Of a DNA stretch of 64,000 nucleotides, positions 27,466-41,429 are shown one piece after another; position 1 is the first letter of the stretch; the number at the start of each line of letters is the position of its first letter. The notes beneath the pieces are model-generated. The model ran no database searches and was not told the origin of the DNA. It saw nothing but the letters and a program-made list of their open reading frames with translations. The translations under genes were made by a program, and so were the position numbers. The DNA is from Octopus vulgaris (Eukaryota): NCBI GenBank assembly GCA_951406725.2, contig OX597839.1, positions 6,262,001 to 6,326,000 on the forward strand, in the 5' to 3' direction.

Positions 27466-27466
<1 letters not shown>
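26930..27466 (-). mobile_element. SINE-B composite: an old copy split by two younger head-to-tail copies
   Basis: Junction GAAATACC|TATTTCTTTA at 27004/5 and 27188/9; the diverged old head resumes at 27421-27466. Confidence 0.9.
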
Positions 27467-27508
<42 letters not shown>

Positions 27509-27709
27509 AGTAGTTCTTTGCACGTAGATCCGAATTTACTAAAGATGCGTCAAGAAAAAAAATAATATAAATAAAAAGTATCCTAAAAAAAAACCCAAAA
27601 ACAGATAAAAAACAGCAAATTATGATAAAAGAAAAAAAAAAGCTACCATAAATTGCAACGAACACCGACGGAGTCTACAGCATTACTGAGATAAAAATAA
27701 AACACATAC

Positions 27710-27749
<40 letters not shown>

Positions 27750-28196
27750 AAGGAAAAAAACCCGAATGCTCTGAATAGATTGATGATGATGATGATGATG
27801 ATGATGGTTATGATGATGATGACGCAGATGACGATGGCGGTGATGGGTATCCATTAAGGTTTCGAATGAATATTCCCAGTTGCATTGTTAAATCAGGAAA
27901 TTTGGCCAACAAACATCTGAATTCATCAACACCGCACCCCACCACCAAACCCCAACACCCCAACATTACATCAGGTCCGACACCCCCTACCCACCGCCGC
28001 CGCTACATCATTTTTTTCTAAGATCACATCACACATCAATCCATCCGTTTCATTCATTCGCTCATTCATTCATTCATCTAGCCACCCGGTTTTTCAGCGA
28101 GACAGGCACCCACCTACATACATTCACCTGTCATTTATCAATCAAACCCAAAGTGTGCGTTTCTGTGTACAATTGCAGATTGAACAAGACAGAGTG

Positions 28197-28268
<72 letters not shown>

Positions 28269-28583
28269 GGTGGGAGAGAGGGGGTTTGAATAATTGGCCA
28301 AGAATTTCTGCATTCATGCATCTATGTCTTGCTAGCAAGCTATAGAGAGAGAGAGAGAGAGAGTGAGAGAAGGACACACACACACACACACACACATAAG
28401 CCCTTTATCTAATCGCCTGCCTTGCATGCCTACCTCAGCGAATAATCCGATCCATTCTATATATATTTTTATTAACCCAACTATGGGCGCAAACAGTTTG
28501 ATGCAATAAAGGCAATAGACTTAGACACACACAAACACACACACTCTCTCTTACATAATAACACCAAGCAAAAACACAGACAA

Positions 28584-28638
<55 letters not shown>

Positions 28639-28962
28639 TAGGTATATACGTATAACACGGTGAGACATACAATCTACATGCATACTATATACAGAGGCAA
28701 TAATTGATACCTATAATTCAAGGGAAATCATAAAAACTAGATAGAGGCGGACGCAAACATAAGGGGTAGCTGAGGGAGTGGCCGAGTGGGTGGGCTGGTG
28801 GTGTTTATTACTCAGGGACATTTCAAAGGTTCCCTTTCTCAATAGAATAAATTTTCTCTAAATAAAAAGGGACATACGTAGCAGATATGCTATACATAAA
28901 TGTATATATATATATACACACATATCTATGTCTTTATATGAATATACGTATGCATGTCTATG

Positions 28963-29041
<79 letters not shown>

Positions 29042-29109
29042 GTATATAAATATACATATATATATGTGTATATATATATATGTGTGTGTGTGTGTGTCTA
29101 TATACACAC

Positions 29110-29153
<44 letters not shown>

Positions 29154-29575
29154 TGTATATATGCATGTATACCCGTATATACGAGGGTATATAGGCAAAA
29201 CATGGAGGCATGCACGCACAAATACTCTTTACCTTCAAAAGATACCCCAGCAATTCTAATCCATGCACAGTAGTAGTAGTACTACCATCATATTCCCCGA
29301 ATACCCCTAACTCTAACCGACTCTTATCCTTTCCTTTTCCTATTCTCTCTCTCTCCGAACCCTCCCACCCCATCCCCACCCTTTAGCTAAAAACCCGAAG
29401 CCTACCCCTTTCCTCCCTCCCCCCCTCTCCGCCACTTTATATATTAGGCCACAAACGAGAAATACACAGACACGTATTACCCTCATCGTCTTTATATCTG
29501 ATACTCTGGATGTAATGCATCGCTGGCCATGCTATGTATGTTAATGGGCAAGTCAAGTTTAGGCTGCTAGCCTCA

Positions 29576-29682
<107 letters not shown>

Positions 29683-30057
29683 CACACATGCTTCCATATT
29701 TATGCTGCAGAAACTGCGAACCCATTCCAAAGTAGAATGAGGAGGGAGCAAAAAAAAATCTATACCCATGTGACCTGGTGCCGATGTTGTTGGCGGCGGC
29801 GGCGCCGACAATGCTGGTTGAGTAATAATAATAATAATGATAATAATAATAATGATAACAATAATAATAATAATGATAATAATGATAATAATAATGGTAA
29901 TAATAATAATAATAATAATGATAATAATGATAATAATAATAATAATAATGATAATAATAATGCTGATGATGATGGTGTTCTTGGTAGAGGTTGTAGAATG
30001 ATAGAGGGGAAGAATGAGAAGAAATAGTTCAGAAATGCATGGCGAGGGTGGAGCAGG

Positions 30058-30103
<46 letters not shown>

Positions 30104-30105
30104 TC

Positions 30106-30145
<40 letters not shown>

Positions 30146-30635
30146 TAAATGCCATATAAAAAGAAGAAACGAATTATTATTCGGTAACTAGGCTTTCTAC
30201 ACGAATGGCTGAACAGACACCATCGAGTCAAAAGACTTCCGCAGTCTGTTAACAACAACAAGGAAAAAGAAGGAAAGGAAGAAAGAGAGAGAGGGAGAGA
30301 GGAGGAGGAGAGAATGAGGAGTGTGTGTCGGGGATGGATTGGGGATGGTGTTGGTGAAATAACACTACTTTCCCCCTTTACCCCACCCCCCTCTTTTTGC
30401 ATTGCATTAAATTATGGAAACATATTTTCAGAAATAAACATCAAAACCTACATCATTTTGTGTACATACGAATATGTGTGTTTGTGTGTGTATATAAATA
30501 TATGTGTGTGTGTATATATGTATATATATATATATATATGTCTGTGTGTGTGTGTATATATGTATATATATATATATATGTGTGTGTGTGTATATGTATA
30601 TAATTATATGTGCATGTGTATATATGTATATATAT

Positions 30636-30680
<45 letters not shown>

Positions 30681-30901
30681 CATATGTGTGTGTATATGTA
30701 TGTTTATATATGTGTGTGTGTGAATGTGTGTGTGTATATGTATATATATATATATATACATGTGTGTGTATATATATGTTTATATGTGTGTGTGTGTGAA
30801 TGTGTGTGTGTATATTTGTATATACGTGTGTGTGTGTATATGTATATATATATATATATATATGTGTGTGTATGTATGTATGTATATATGTATGTGTGTA
30901 G

Positions 30902-31132
30902 GGCGGCGAGCTGGCAGAAACGTTAGGACGCCGGGCGAAATGCTTAGCCGTATTTCGTCTGCCGTTACGTTCTGAGTTCAAATTCCGCCGAGGTCGACTT
31001 TGCCTTTCATCCTTTCGGGGTCGATAAATTAAGTACCAGTTACGCACTGGGGTCGATGTAATCGACTTAATCCCTTTGTCTGCTCTTGTTGGTCCCCTCT
31101 GTGTTTAGCCCCCTGTGGGTAGTAAAGAAATA
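30902..31132 (+). mobile_element. SINE-B, full length
   Basis: Runs from GGCGGCGAGCTGGCAGAA to GGGTAGTAAAGAAATA. Confidence 0.95.
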
Positions 31133-31331
31133 TATATGTATGTGTGTGTATTCTTTTATTATTTCTATACTTTTGTCTCAGTCATTTGACTGCGGCTACA
31201 CTGGAGCACCTCGTTCAGGTTTGCCCGTTCAGATCAGACCTGGCTGAAAGCAGAAGGGGCTCTGAACAACATTTGTTTCTCTCCTCGCCTCTTTCTCTCT
31301 CTCTCAGACACACACACGCAAGTGTATAAGT

Positions 31332-31562
31332 TATTTTTTTACTACCCACAAGAGGCTAAACACAGAGGGGACAAACAAGCACAGACAAATGGATTAAGTC
31401 GATTACATCGACCCCAGTGCGTAACTGGTACTTAATTTATCGACCCCGAAAGGATGAAAGTTAAAGTCGACCTTGGCGGAATTTGAACTCAGAACGTAAT
31501 GCCAGACGAAATGCGGCTACGCATTTCGCCCGGCGTGCTAACGTTTTTGCCAGCTCACCGCC
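31332..31562 (-). mobile_element. SINE-B, full length, inverted relative to the copy at 30902
   Basis: Reverse-complement match over about 230 bp. Confidence 0.95.
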
Positions 31563-32179
31563 TTGTACACACAGATACTTTCACGAATACACGGACATAC
31601 AAAAATACGTTCACCCAAACACACATTCAAAAAAGAATGTTCAGAAACATACATGCATACACACACATACATACATCCTACGCGGCAGCCCTCATTCACC
31701 GTCAAGTCTTTTCATAGAACGGAACAATTTTAAACTCAAGGTTGACAACGTAAGAAGAAAATCTAAGGAAGGAAGAGTGGGGAGACTTGAGACAAAGCGA
31801 AAACAATATAAAATAAAAGCCAGATAAACAAAACGGAAAAACAAAATAATAAAATGGCGGGTAGGAAATTTACACTTAGCAATTGCTTTAACAATTTTTT
31901 TTTTATTTTAAACACCTTGCCTCATCATCTTTGTGGTTTAGCTCACCTCTTCCCTCGTACACAATACTTACACTTGCCAAGATTGTAGCAAATTACAGGC
32001 TGTGGATAGTTTTATATAAAGGCAGGCTGGAGCAACAGAGTACAAAAAAAACTATCGAAACAAAAGGTAGAGAGGGCGGGAGGGATGGAGGGAGAGAAAC
32101 GACTGACAAAGCAAGGACGAGAGAAAAAAGTAGGAGGTAATAGCTGTGGTGGAAGTGTAAAGGAGGGTTGTAAAGGAAT

Positions 32180-32225
<46 letters not shown>

Positions 32226-32640
32226 GGCGAGAGAGAAGAGAGTGGAAATGAATTGACAAAGCTTGATAGAGAAAAAAAGGTTGTTGAGTAAAAGGTTTTT
32301 GGTGTTTGAAATGGAGAGTGTGTGTAAGGTTAAGTGCTCGGGTGTGAAGAAAACAAAAGACGTCGATGAAGGGGAATGAGGAAGAAGCATTAATTACAGC
32401 CCTTGGGATAGAGGAAAGAAAATGTATATGATGATAGATAGACAGATAGAGTGAAGAAAGCCAGCCAGAGGAAATTGACCTATTTATCGTGAAGGGCAAT
32501 GGGTATAAGGACAGAAAGCGACGCTTAAGGTTAAGTGGACACCAATGTATGTATGTATGAATGTAGGCGCAAAGTGGACGAGTGGACGTTCGCGAGTAAT
32601 GCTGCAAGGACAATGAAAATCAGCAATGAATACAATATAT

Positions 32641-32683
<43 letters not shown>

Positions 32684-32746
32684 CTTAGTTTCAGTTCAGA
32701 GCTGCGGCCATGCTGATGCACCGCCGTTTCTGAAACCACTGATCCA

Positions 32747-32871
32747 GGAGCCTCGTGGACCTTTTAGGCGTTTTCGCTCAATAAACGCACACAAGGCCCG
32801 GTCTGGGAATCGAAACCATGATCCTCCGACCGCGAGTCCGCTGCACTAACCACTGGGCCATTGCGCCTCCA
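32747..32871 (-). mobile_element. Head of the V-like SINE family
   Basis: TGGAGGCGCAATGGCCCAGTGGTTAG...GACTCGCGGTC matches the copy at 12241. Confidence 0.8.
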
Positions 32872-32886
32872 TATAAATATATATAT

Positions 32887-33135
32887 GCGCAGGCATGACC
32901 GTGTGGTAAGAAGCTTGCTTCCTAACCATATACCTCCGGGTTCAGTCCCACTGCCCACTGCGTGGGACTAGGACAAAGCAAGTGTCTTCTACAATAGCCT
33001 CGGGCAGACCACAGCCTTTTGAGTGGATTTGGTAGACGGAAATTGAAAGAAGCCCGTCATGTATATATATATATATATATATATGCCCCAGCATGGCTAC
33101 AGCTCATGAGCTGAAACTAGAATCAATCAATCAAT

Positions 33136-33175
<40 letters not shown>

Positions 33176-33415
33176 ATTGATTGATATATGCATATACATC
33201 TATCTATGAAGTTTGTATCTTTGTGTCTGTGTTTATCTCCCACCATCACTAGACAGCCGGTGCTGGTGTGTTTACGTCCCTGTAACCTAAGCAGTTCGAC
33301 AAAAGAGCGTGAACACCACGTTTTGAAAAATATACGCTGGGGGGGTCGATTCCTTCAACTAATAAACAATTCTTCAACGCCGTATCCCAGCATGGCCGCA
33401 CTTTAACGACTAAAA
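32887..33415 (+). mobile_element. Diverged SINE-A with another SINE tail inside its (TA)n tract
   Basis: SINE-A head and tail flank GCCCCAGCATGGCTACAGCTCATGAGCTGAAACTAG. Confidence 0.8.
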
Positions 33416-33796
33416 TAATTATTAAGAAAAAGAATATAAAGATAAAAAAAGACACCGGGATTGTCACATGGCAGAAGCAAATAAAACAAACAATATAGAA
33501 TTGTTGTCAAACCAGTTATTTGTGATTGTTTCGTTAATTCTAGGGTTTCGAAAAGCAAGGTTTTTAATCTCTGATCTGTGTTCTGTTTGTTTTTCTTCCT
33601 TTTCCAGTATTTTTTTTTTGTTTTTTTTTTTTGTTTATTGCTCTCCAATCTTGTGTCTTTAATAAAAGTTTACGTAGCTCTATTGTGTTGTCACTATCAC
33701 CTGTTTGTTACAAAATAGTTTAATCCTTGGTTGGAAAAGACAAAAAACAACAAAATAAATGGTTTCCGTTTCGACAGCTAACCGTCTTGTGACTTG

Positions 33797-34257
<461 letters not shown>

Positions 34258-34506
34258 TTGTGCGTTGCCCCCAACTCTTCTCCACCGTCGACGTCCGAAA
34301 TAACTAGTCTTAAGTCTGCCTGCCAATCAAACCAGTCCCAAACCCTACACTCTGATAAACTACCCGTTCTTTTCGGTCAACAAATGTCATGTGCGCCCCC
34401 CACCGCTACCATCGTCACCTTAGCCTCGAACTCCCAAAATAACAATTACAAAAATATCTGCGCATAAATAATTTAAAAACAAAAATTAGATAAACAAAAA
34501 TAATCT

Positions 34507-34919
34507 GGATCTTTTCTGTTTGAACGGCAGTTTTTTTCTAGCGGTGTCTGATGAAATTATCACCCATAATTATGACCCTAGTATCGATCTATTGCATTTC
34601 AATTTGTTTTAGGGCTAGGGTTGGGGGAAGGGTATCTTTTTTTCTTCACAAATGTAAATAAACCCAATCTATTTCTTAAACGAAGGACATATTCATACGG
34701 CACAGAATGTTTTCACCTCAATAGACATCATTGATTGGTTGAAATTGCAGAAATTGAAGAAAAAAACAATAACAAATATCTTATAAACTATAGAATTTTC
34801 TAAATAAAGCCAAGAGAAAAAGATGTTTTATAAACACATTCTACCAGTATACGAAGTTTAAAAGTGTTTAGTTGCGTGGAAATTATTTTAAAACACTGCC
34901 GTTCAAACCGAAAAGATCC
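34507..34919. mobile_element. MITE with 25-bp terminal inverted repeats, superfamily unassigned
   Basis: GGATCTTTTCTGTTTGAACGGCAGT and ACTGCCGTTCAAACCGAAAAGATCC are inverted with one mismatch. Confidence 0.88.
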
Positions 34920-35005
34920 TAAATTCAAATTTTTAACATTTTTATGAAGAATTTCTCAACAAAATAGAGGGGAGGGAGGATTTATAACAGCATAAAAATA
35001 ATGTA

Positions 35006-35033
<28 letters not shown>

Positions 35034-35036
<3 letters not shown>

Positions 35037-35263
35037 TTCTTTACTACCCACAAGGGGCTAAACACAGGGGGGACAAACAAGGACAGACAGGGGGATTAAG
35101 TCGATTACATCGACCCCAGTGCGTAACTGGTACTTAATTTATCGACCCCGAAAGGATGAATGGCAAAGTCGACCTCGGCAGAATTTGAACTCGGAACGTA
35201 ACGACAGACGAAATACGGCTACACATTTCGCCCGGTGTGCTAACGTTTCGCCCAGCTCGCCGC
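35034..35263 (-). mobile_element. SINE-B, full length
   Basis: Matches the other SINE-B copies; the tail abuts (TA)n. Confidence 0.93.
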
Positions 35264-35844
35264 TGTGTTGTACATACATACAACACAGTGCGCAGTGCTC
35301 GTGGCTTTCTTTCCGTGGTTAACACAGATATGGAAAAATGTAAGCAAACACCTGTTACTATAAACACGCATTTGTATACATTTGTCGAAAAATGTCTCCC
35401 AGTAACGAGTTAACGAGAATACAGTAAAAAAACCCAAAAAACAAAACATCACTTTTGCCTTAATGTGTTTACATATATATATATACACACACACAAACAC
35501 ACACGGACGTTATGGAATTATCCATGCACATTGCTTCACCGCAATAACAATTTAGCAAGGGAGATAAATTATAGCTAAATCAGTGCGAAGTGTAAAAAAG
35601 TAGAACAGTGCCTTCATGTTCAAAAGACCGTTGAGATGATTCACTCTCGAGTTTTGGATGTCATGGTGGCTTGCTATGTGCGCGCAAGTGTAAACACACG
35701 CGCAAATATATATATACATATACATGTATGTATAAATACATACATACACACACACACACACACATACAACTTTTTTGTTTACCCTGTGGGAAAACAGTCT
35801 CTAAACAGCCAGCAACTTCAAATTCAGGAGATACGATAGATTAC

Positions 35845-36289
35845 ACACACAAGCATATATATATATATATACATACATATATATATATACACACACACAC
35901 ACATATATATATACATATATACACACATATATATATATATACACACGCACACACATATACACACATATATATATATATATACACACACACATACATATAT
36001 ATACACACACATATATATATATATATATACACACACATATATATATACATACATATATACATACACACACATATATATATATACACACACATATATATAC
36101 ACATATACATATATATATATATATATATATACATACACACATATATATATATACATACATATATATATACACACACACACATATATATATACATACATAT
36201 ATATATACACACACACACATATATATATACATATATACACACAGACACAATATATATATATATATATATATACATACATACATATATAT

Positions 36290-36379
<90 letters not shown>

Positions 36380-36431
36380 ATATATATATATACATATATA
36401 CACACAAATATATATATATATACACACACAC

Positions 36432-36482
<51 letters not shown>

Positions 36483-36485
36483 AAT
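35845..36485. repeat. (TA)n/(CA)n microsatellite
   Basis: Direct inspection. Confidence 0.95.
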
Positions 36486-37086
36486 AACTGACTGCCATTG
36501 CCAACAAATATATAAAATAAACAAGCACATTCTTTCAATTTCATAACACTAAAAACAGTGACAGACACAGATCGCATCACACCACACACGTTTGTATATA
36601 AAACTCTAAGGAACGCCAGTTCCGTTCCGTTGTGCTGGCTATACTCAGTGTTGATAAACACTATCGAAACAAAATAGAATTTAAAACCTGCACACAATGG
36701 TAATGTACGGAGGAAGGGGTGGGGAATTACTTGACTGAATGTGATCATAAAATATAATGCAAGTTCCACTTTTTTCCCCTCGCTTAAGAGAGAATAAAAT
36801 AAATATATTTCATTCGCTTATCTCCATATGTTTTTATACTTATGCATAATGCTTATGTGTCAATTTGGAGCCTGTCTTTATTACTGAATTTCTTGTTATG
36901 TACACGAATGAACAACAGCGCACGCATCTTTCTTTCTTTGTGAAGAAGGACTAAAGTCAGAAGCGTTAGAAACATCAATGATGCCGTACACTTTTAGGCG
37001 TTGGACTAATACTTGTAATTGTAGTTTGTTTTTCCATAGTTGTCCTTTGCTGTTTATAAAATGTTTTTTGGCTTAGTATTTTGCAC

Positions 37087-37136
<50 letters not shown>

Positions 37137-37264
37137 CGATGTGATCTTTGAGATTTATTGCTTAATAAACAATTATATTTCTACAATACGCAAACACCTT
37201 CCACACTTTGTATATATATATATATATGTGTAGGTTTGGATTTATTCCACAGTAATATTATTAT

Positions 37265-37328
<64 letters not shown>

Positions 37329-37418
37329 CATTATTATTATTATTATTATTTGAGGGAATATTATTCCTAACTTACAGGGAAAAATTCAATTTTGAATTGA
37401 TAAAAGGTGGTTTTTCTA

Positions 37419-37456
<38 letters not shown>

Positions 37457-37532
37457 CGTGTGAAACTAGATAAAATAAAAAAATAAAAATATATATATGT
37501 AATAGTGAAAGAGAGAGAGGAACGCTTTAAAC

Positions 37533-37793
37533 CAATGGTTTTCAACCAGGGTCCATATGGTCCTTGGTGGGGAGGGTGTATAGGTTTTGTTGTCAAAATT
37601 TATATGCAATAAACTTGTTATATTTCTACAATACGCAAAAGATTTGAACATTTTTAAATACAAATCTTAACAATATTTGATCATAAAAATATCATAGGGG
37701 TTTTTTGACATCGAATGGCTATGAGAATCCCACACCCTAAGTTAAATAGGAATCAAAGGGGGTCCATACACAAAAAGTGGCTGAGAATCACTG
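37533..37793. mobile_element. hAT-Charlie-like MITE
   Basis: Termini CAATGGTTTTCAACC and GGCTGAGAATCACTG resemble CAGTGGTTCTCAACC-type TIRs; same family as 59874-60490 in the opposite orientation. Confidence 0.75.
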
Positions 37794-38611
37794 CGTTGGT
37801 TCCTTAGATATTAACCGAGAATAGAGACGAGATCAACATAATCCTGAAAATGTACAGTTTCTGACCACTGTACAACTAGCTGTCATTGAAAATAGATACA
37901 ACCGTATCATTGTGAGGATGTCCAGTCTCAGACCACTACAGACCGCTCGATTCACCAAGCTGTCAATAGTAATAAGAAAGCGCCGTAACACTCTGAGAAA
38001 CTATTCAGCCTCGGAGCTCAGTCCATTGACTGGTTCATTCCTCTGAGCTGTCAATGATGATAAAATGCCGGGTCAATCTGGGAATGTTAAATCTCCTCCG
38101 AGATTCAACTACCAGACGTCTTGAGCAGCTAATGTAGATCCGGACAGATTCTCATTTATAGCTGCCTATGCTTGCCAATGTGAGTGAGAAAGAGAGAGAG
38201 AGAGACAGAGAGAGTAGACAGACAGACAATGTGTAAAAGCCTATTGCATATTAAATTCATCATACACAGGAAATAAAGACCATCACCAGGTGGAGGTTTT
38301 TGCTCAGTCGCGAGGGAATAACGCTTTTATAATTGGTATTTTATCGACTACGGAAATATGAAAGAAAAATTTTTGTTTTTTTTTATGAGTCCAACCACTA
38401 TCATCGTGGGGTTAATGTAAAAACCTTCACGCATTGAACAACAAACAAAATACTCTTAAATATCTTGCTTGGTTTCAGTGTGTTCTCTTACAGAAGAGTG
38501 AACACCGAGATTTATGAGAGAATGAGAAAACGTAAAGTGAAAGTAGAGGTTGAGTGGATATTTTTGTGTCTTTCTTCAAGAATTACTGCTTTACGACCAT
38601 TTGTAAATCAG

Positions 38612-38648
<37 letters not shown>

Positions 38649-38875
38649 GTATATATATATATATGTGTATATATGTGTATATATGTGTGTGTGTGTGTAT
38701 ATATATATGTGTATATATATGTGTGTGTATAAGTATATAAATATATATATGTGTGTGTGTGTGTATATATATGTGTGTGTGTGTGTGTATATATGTATAT
38801 ATATATATATGTGTGTGTATATATATGTATATATATATATATGTGTGTGTGTGTATATATATATGTATATATATA

Positions 38876-38913
<38 letters not shown>

Positions 38914-39086
38914 GATATGTATGTATATATGTATGTATGTATATGTCTGTGTATGTGTGATGTAATATATATGTGTGTATGGAATTAAACAGTAGGACTT
39001 TGTGGCAAGAATTTAATGTCTTTCACGAGGACACTATCCTTGAAAGCGAAACATTTCCAACTGAGAAGCGAAACAGAGAATATATT

Positions 39087-39144
<58 letters not shown>

Positions 39145-39458
39145 GGGAAAACAGAATTATAGGAATGACTTTTGTCACAACACATTCTAAGCATAAATTG
39201 AATAGAAGTGGATGCATATGTATACACATATATACATGCACACACATAGAACCAAACATGTAAAAACGTTATGTATACTATATATAAATTGTTTGAAGTT
39301 AATGGCACGGTACCGCTGTCCTAAGTTTCTCGCTAAGCGCGAATCATAAGGCATTATGTGGCTTACTATTTGCTGTTGCCTAAAAGGTCGCAATGAGAGA
39401 GAACCTGAGTAGCTATGGTGTGAATCTTCGCCTTTATATAAATAAATATACTCTACAA

Positions 39459-39620
39459 GGCGGAGGAGTGGCTGTGTGGTGAGTAGCTTGCTTACCAACC
39501 ACATGGTTCCGGGTTCAGTCCCACTGCGTGGCACCTTGGGCAAGTGTATTCTACTACAGCCTCGCGCCGACCAAAGCCTTGTGAGTGGATTTAGTAGACG
39601 GAAACTGAAAGAAGCCTGTC

Positions 39621-39672
<52 letters not shown>

Positions 39673-39854
39673 GTCTGTGTTTGTCCCCCCAACATCGCTT
39701 GACAACCGATGCTGGTGTGCTTACGTCCCCGTAACTTGACGGTTCGGCAAAAGAGACCAATAGAATAAGTCCTGGGGTCGATTTGCTCGACTATAGGCGG
39801 TGCTCCAGCATGGCAACAGTCAAATGACTGAAACAAGTAGAAGAGTAAAGAGTA
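39459..39854 (+). mobile_element. SINE-A, near full length
   Basis: Head GGCGGAGGAGTGGCTGTGTGG, internal (TA)n tract, AGAGTAA-type tail. Confidence 0.93.
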
Positions 39855-40270
39855 AGGGTTGAGCATAAAGGTGTGTGCGCGTACACGCGTGTGTGTAAGT
39901 TAAAAAACAAAAAAAGGACGACTGTGAGATATTATTTTAAGACTTAAACGAAAAGACTAACTGACGTTTCTGACGTAGGTTCTTCTTCAGAAAAATATTA
40001 GAGAAAAGTGAAACACCGGTGAAGAGAGGGTGGAAATTACATATTTGCACATACATATGCATGCGTTTATGTCTATACTCAATACGCCTAGAAAAGTTTA
40101 TAAGGAAGAAATGTGTGAAATGAACTCTTCCAAAACTAGCCCAGAGAGTTTCTATACACGCGATCTTTCAGGCAATCTGGCAGAGAGTGAAACCACTGCA
40201 GACCCCCCTCAGCGATAGCATACTCGTAAAATTTGAGTAGCTATAAGGATTTAATCGTCAGCTTTACACG

Positions 40271-40314
<44 letters not shown>

Positions 40315-41216
40315 ATATATATATATACACACATACACCTTGTATTATATCATGTTTTTATATATATCATTATTTATCTGCAACTAAGCATATTAGGTGT
40401 TTTGTCGACAAATCCCTTTAGGGCAAAATTTTTGTTGCCAACATTAAGTAGGTAAGAGTCAAACACTTTTCATTTATTATTAATATTTTTTTTTGCCTTT
40501 ATCGTTTTTCTACCTCCTCTTCTCCTTAGAAAAATATTGAAGTGGAAGAGGATACGTATGATAATGTAGTTGCCAAATCAGTGATACACCAAAACATAAC
40601 CATCATATATATATATATATGGGAAGAGACAGAAGAATGAGAGGGAAGGGGATAAATATATCAGTTCAATTTCAAATCGCAGTAAGAATCTCAAACCTTG
40701 AAAAATCAGAGCTAAAAATGTCAGGGAATTCTTGCACACAAATATCGCTTTACATTTAGAAAGCTAAAACACATTAATAACACCCAACTCTCCCACCCTG
40801 CAAACGACCATATTTAGTTTGTTTATTTTATTTTATCATGTTTTAAATACACAATCCCCTTAAAAGACTTTCGCAGCACCCAGCACCATCACTATCTGAA
40901 TATTATGGGCACTTAAATGACAGCTCTACCCTGAAGTCAAAGCAAGGATAGACACGAAATAAAAAATAATGCCTTTTAGTGGTCGAAAGTTGTTACGTAA
41001 TTCACAATAGAGCGTATGAATTAATTCTATAATATGTGTTTTGATGTTGTAACTTTCATTTATCCATAATAAAATGGGGCGGTCGAAAAGGGTCGTTTAT
41101 ATTAACAGGGAAAACATACAACTACGACAGCAAAAAGACCCCGATTTTAACCTAGTTTCAGGTTCATTTACCAGTTGATCGGAGGTGATTGTATAATAAT
41201 AATAATAATAATAATA

Positions 41217-41429
41217 ATCCTTTCTACTATAGGCACAAGGCCTGAAGTTTTTAGGGAAGGGGCTAGTCAATTACATCGACCCCAGTATTTCACTGGTACT
41301 TAAGTTATTGATCCCGAAAGCATGAAAGGCAAATTCGACCTCGGCGGGAATTTGAACTCAGAAAGTAAAGACGGACGAAATGCCGCTAAGCATTTTCCCG
41401 GCGTGCTAACGATTCTGCCAGCTCACCGC
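41217..41429 (-). mobile_element. SINE-B (older tail type) embedded in (AAT)n
   Basis: Shared head and body; tail GGCCTTGTGCCTATAGTAGAAAGGAT. Confidence 0.88.

Noticed and set aside
27523-27537. CGTAGATCCGAATTT resembling part of miR-10/miR-100
   Set aside because: The seed is missing and there is no pre-miRNA-length hairpin.
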